This document shows, in pieces, positions 16,277-16,436 of a stretch of 16,436 bases of DNA. The notes below the pieces were generated by a model. The model was not told the DNA's origin. It saw only the letters and a program-made list of their open reading frames with translations, and made no database searches. A program made the position numbers and the translations under genes. Source of the DNA: Candidatus Hydrothermales bacterium (GTDB taxonomy: Bacteria; Hydrothermota; Hydrothermia; Hydrothermales; JAJRUZ01). Position 1 is the stretch's first letter; each line of letters opens with the position of its first letter. The stretch covers positions 1 to 16,436 of the forward strand of contig JBCNUW010000029.1 in assembly GCA_039630575.1 (NCBI GenBank). The letters run 5' to 3'.

Positions 16277-16362
16277 TGCCGGAGGCGGGATTTGAACCCG
16301 CACAGGCTTTAAAGCCTACCGCCTCCTGAAGGCGGCGCGTCTTCCAATTCCGCCACCCCGGC
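16277..16362 (-). tRNA. tRNA-Leu, anticodon CAG; CCA not encoded
   Basis: Acceptor GCCGGGG/CTCCGGC plus discriminator A; anticodon arm CCGCC-TTCAGGA-GGCGG; variable arm AGGCT-TTAA-AGCCT; T-arm GCGGG-TTCAAAT-CCCGC. Confidence 0.97.
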
Positions 16363-16366
16363 ATAA

Positions 16367-16436
16367 TGGAGGTGGGGGGATTTGAACCCCCGTCCGAAAG
16401 GGTTTGGATACCGGGCCTACATGCTTAGCCTGTCTT
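16367..16436 (-). ncRNA. ssrA: tmRNA, 3' end only (5' part outside the window)
   Basis: Minus strand reads ...GGCTAAGCATGTAG...TTTCGGACGGGGGTTCAAATCCCCCCACCTCCA. CTAAGCATGTAG and the GGAC-GGGGG-TTCAAAT-CCCCC...CTCCA end are characteristic of the tmRNA tRNA-like domain. Confidence 0.9.

Noticed and set aside
14770..16362. Genomic island bounded by attL/attR tRNA repeats
   Set aside because: Both tRNAs are complete, with different anticodons and acceptor stems. There is no exact 3'-end duplication and no integrase.
1..16436. CRISPR array, IS element or prophage
   Set aside because: No regularly spaced direct repeats, and no transposase, integrase or phage-like ORFs were seen.

Overview
AT-rich bacterial chromosomal window with Lys/Glu/Ile-rich proteins; a thermophile is plausible, but taxonomy cannot be fixed from the sequence alone. 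Left, minus strand: a lipoprotein of unknown function, then a 1089-aa zinc-ribbon / class III adenylate cyclase / STAND-like P-loop / TPR protein coupled to folK and a partial panC. Centre, plus strand: a zinc-finger protein with a RomX-like C-terminal domain, then a complex I-like operon nuoA-B-C-D-H-I-J-K-L lacking nuoEFG and nuoM/N, followed by a signal-peptide-less BtuF-like protein and an HMA metal chaperone. Right, minus strand: the 3' end of tmRNA, tRNA-Leu(CAG), a GAF/HD-GYP phosphodiesterase, tRNA-Leu(TAG) and an M55 D-aminopeptidase, very tightly packed. The divergent intergenic region at 5540-5666 holds a perfect sigma70 promoter, a CRP/Rex-type palindrome and a leaderless 6-codon mini-ORF. 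First genes of transcription units look leaderless, whereas internal nuo genes have Shine-Dalgarno sites. No CRISPR array, integrase or transposase was seen. No databases were searched; family calls come from recognised motifs.
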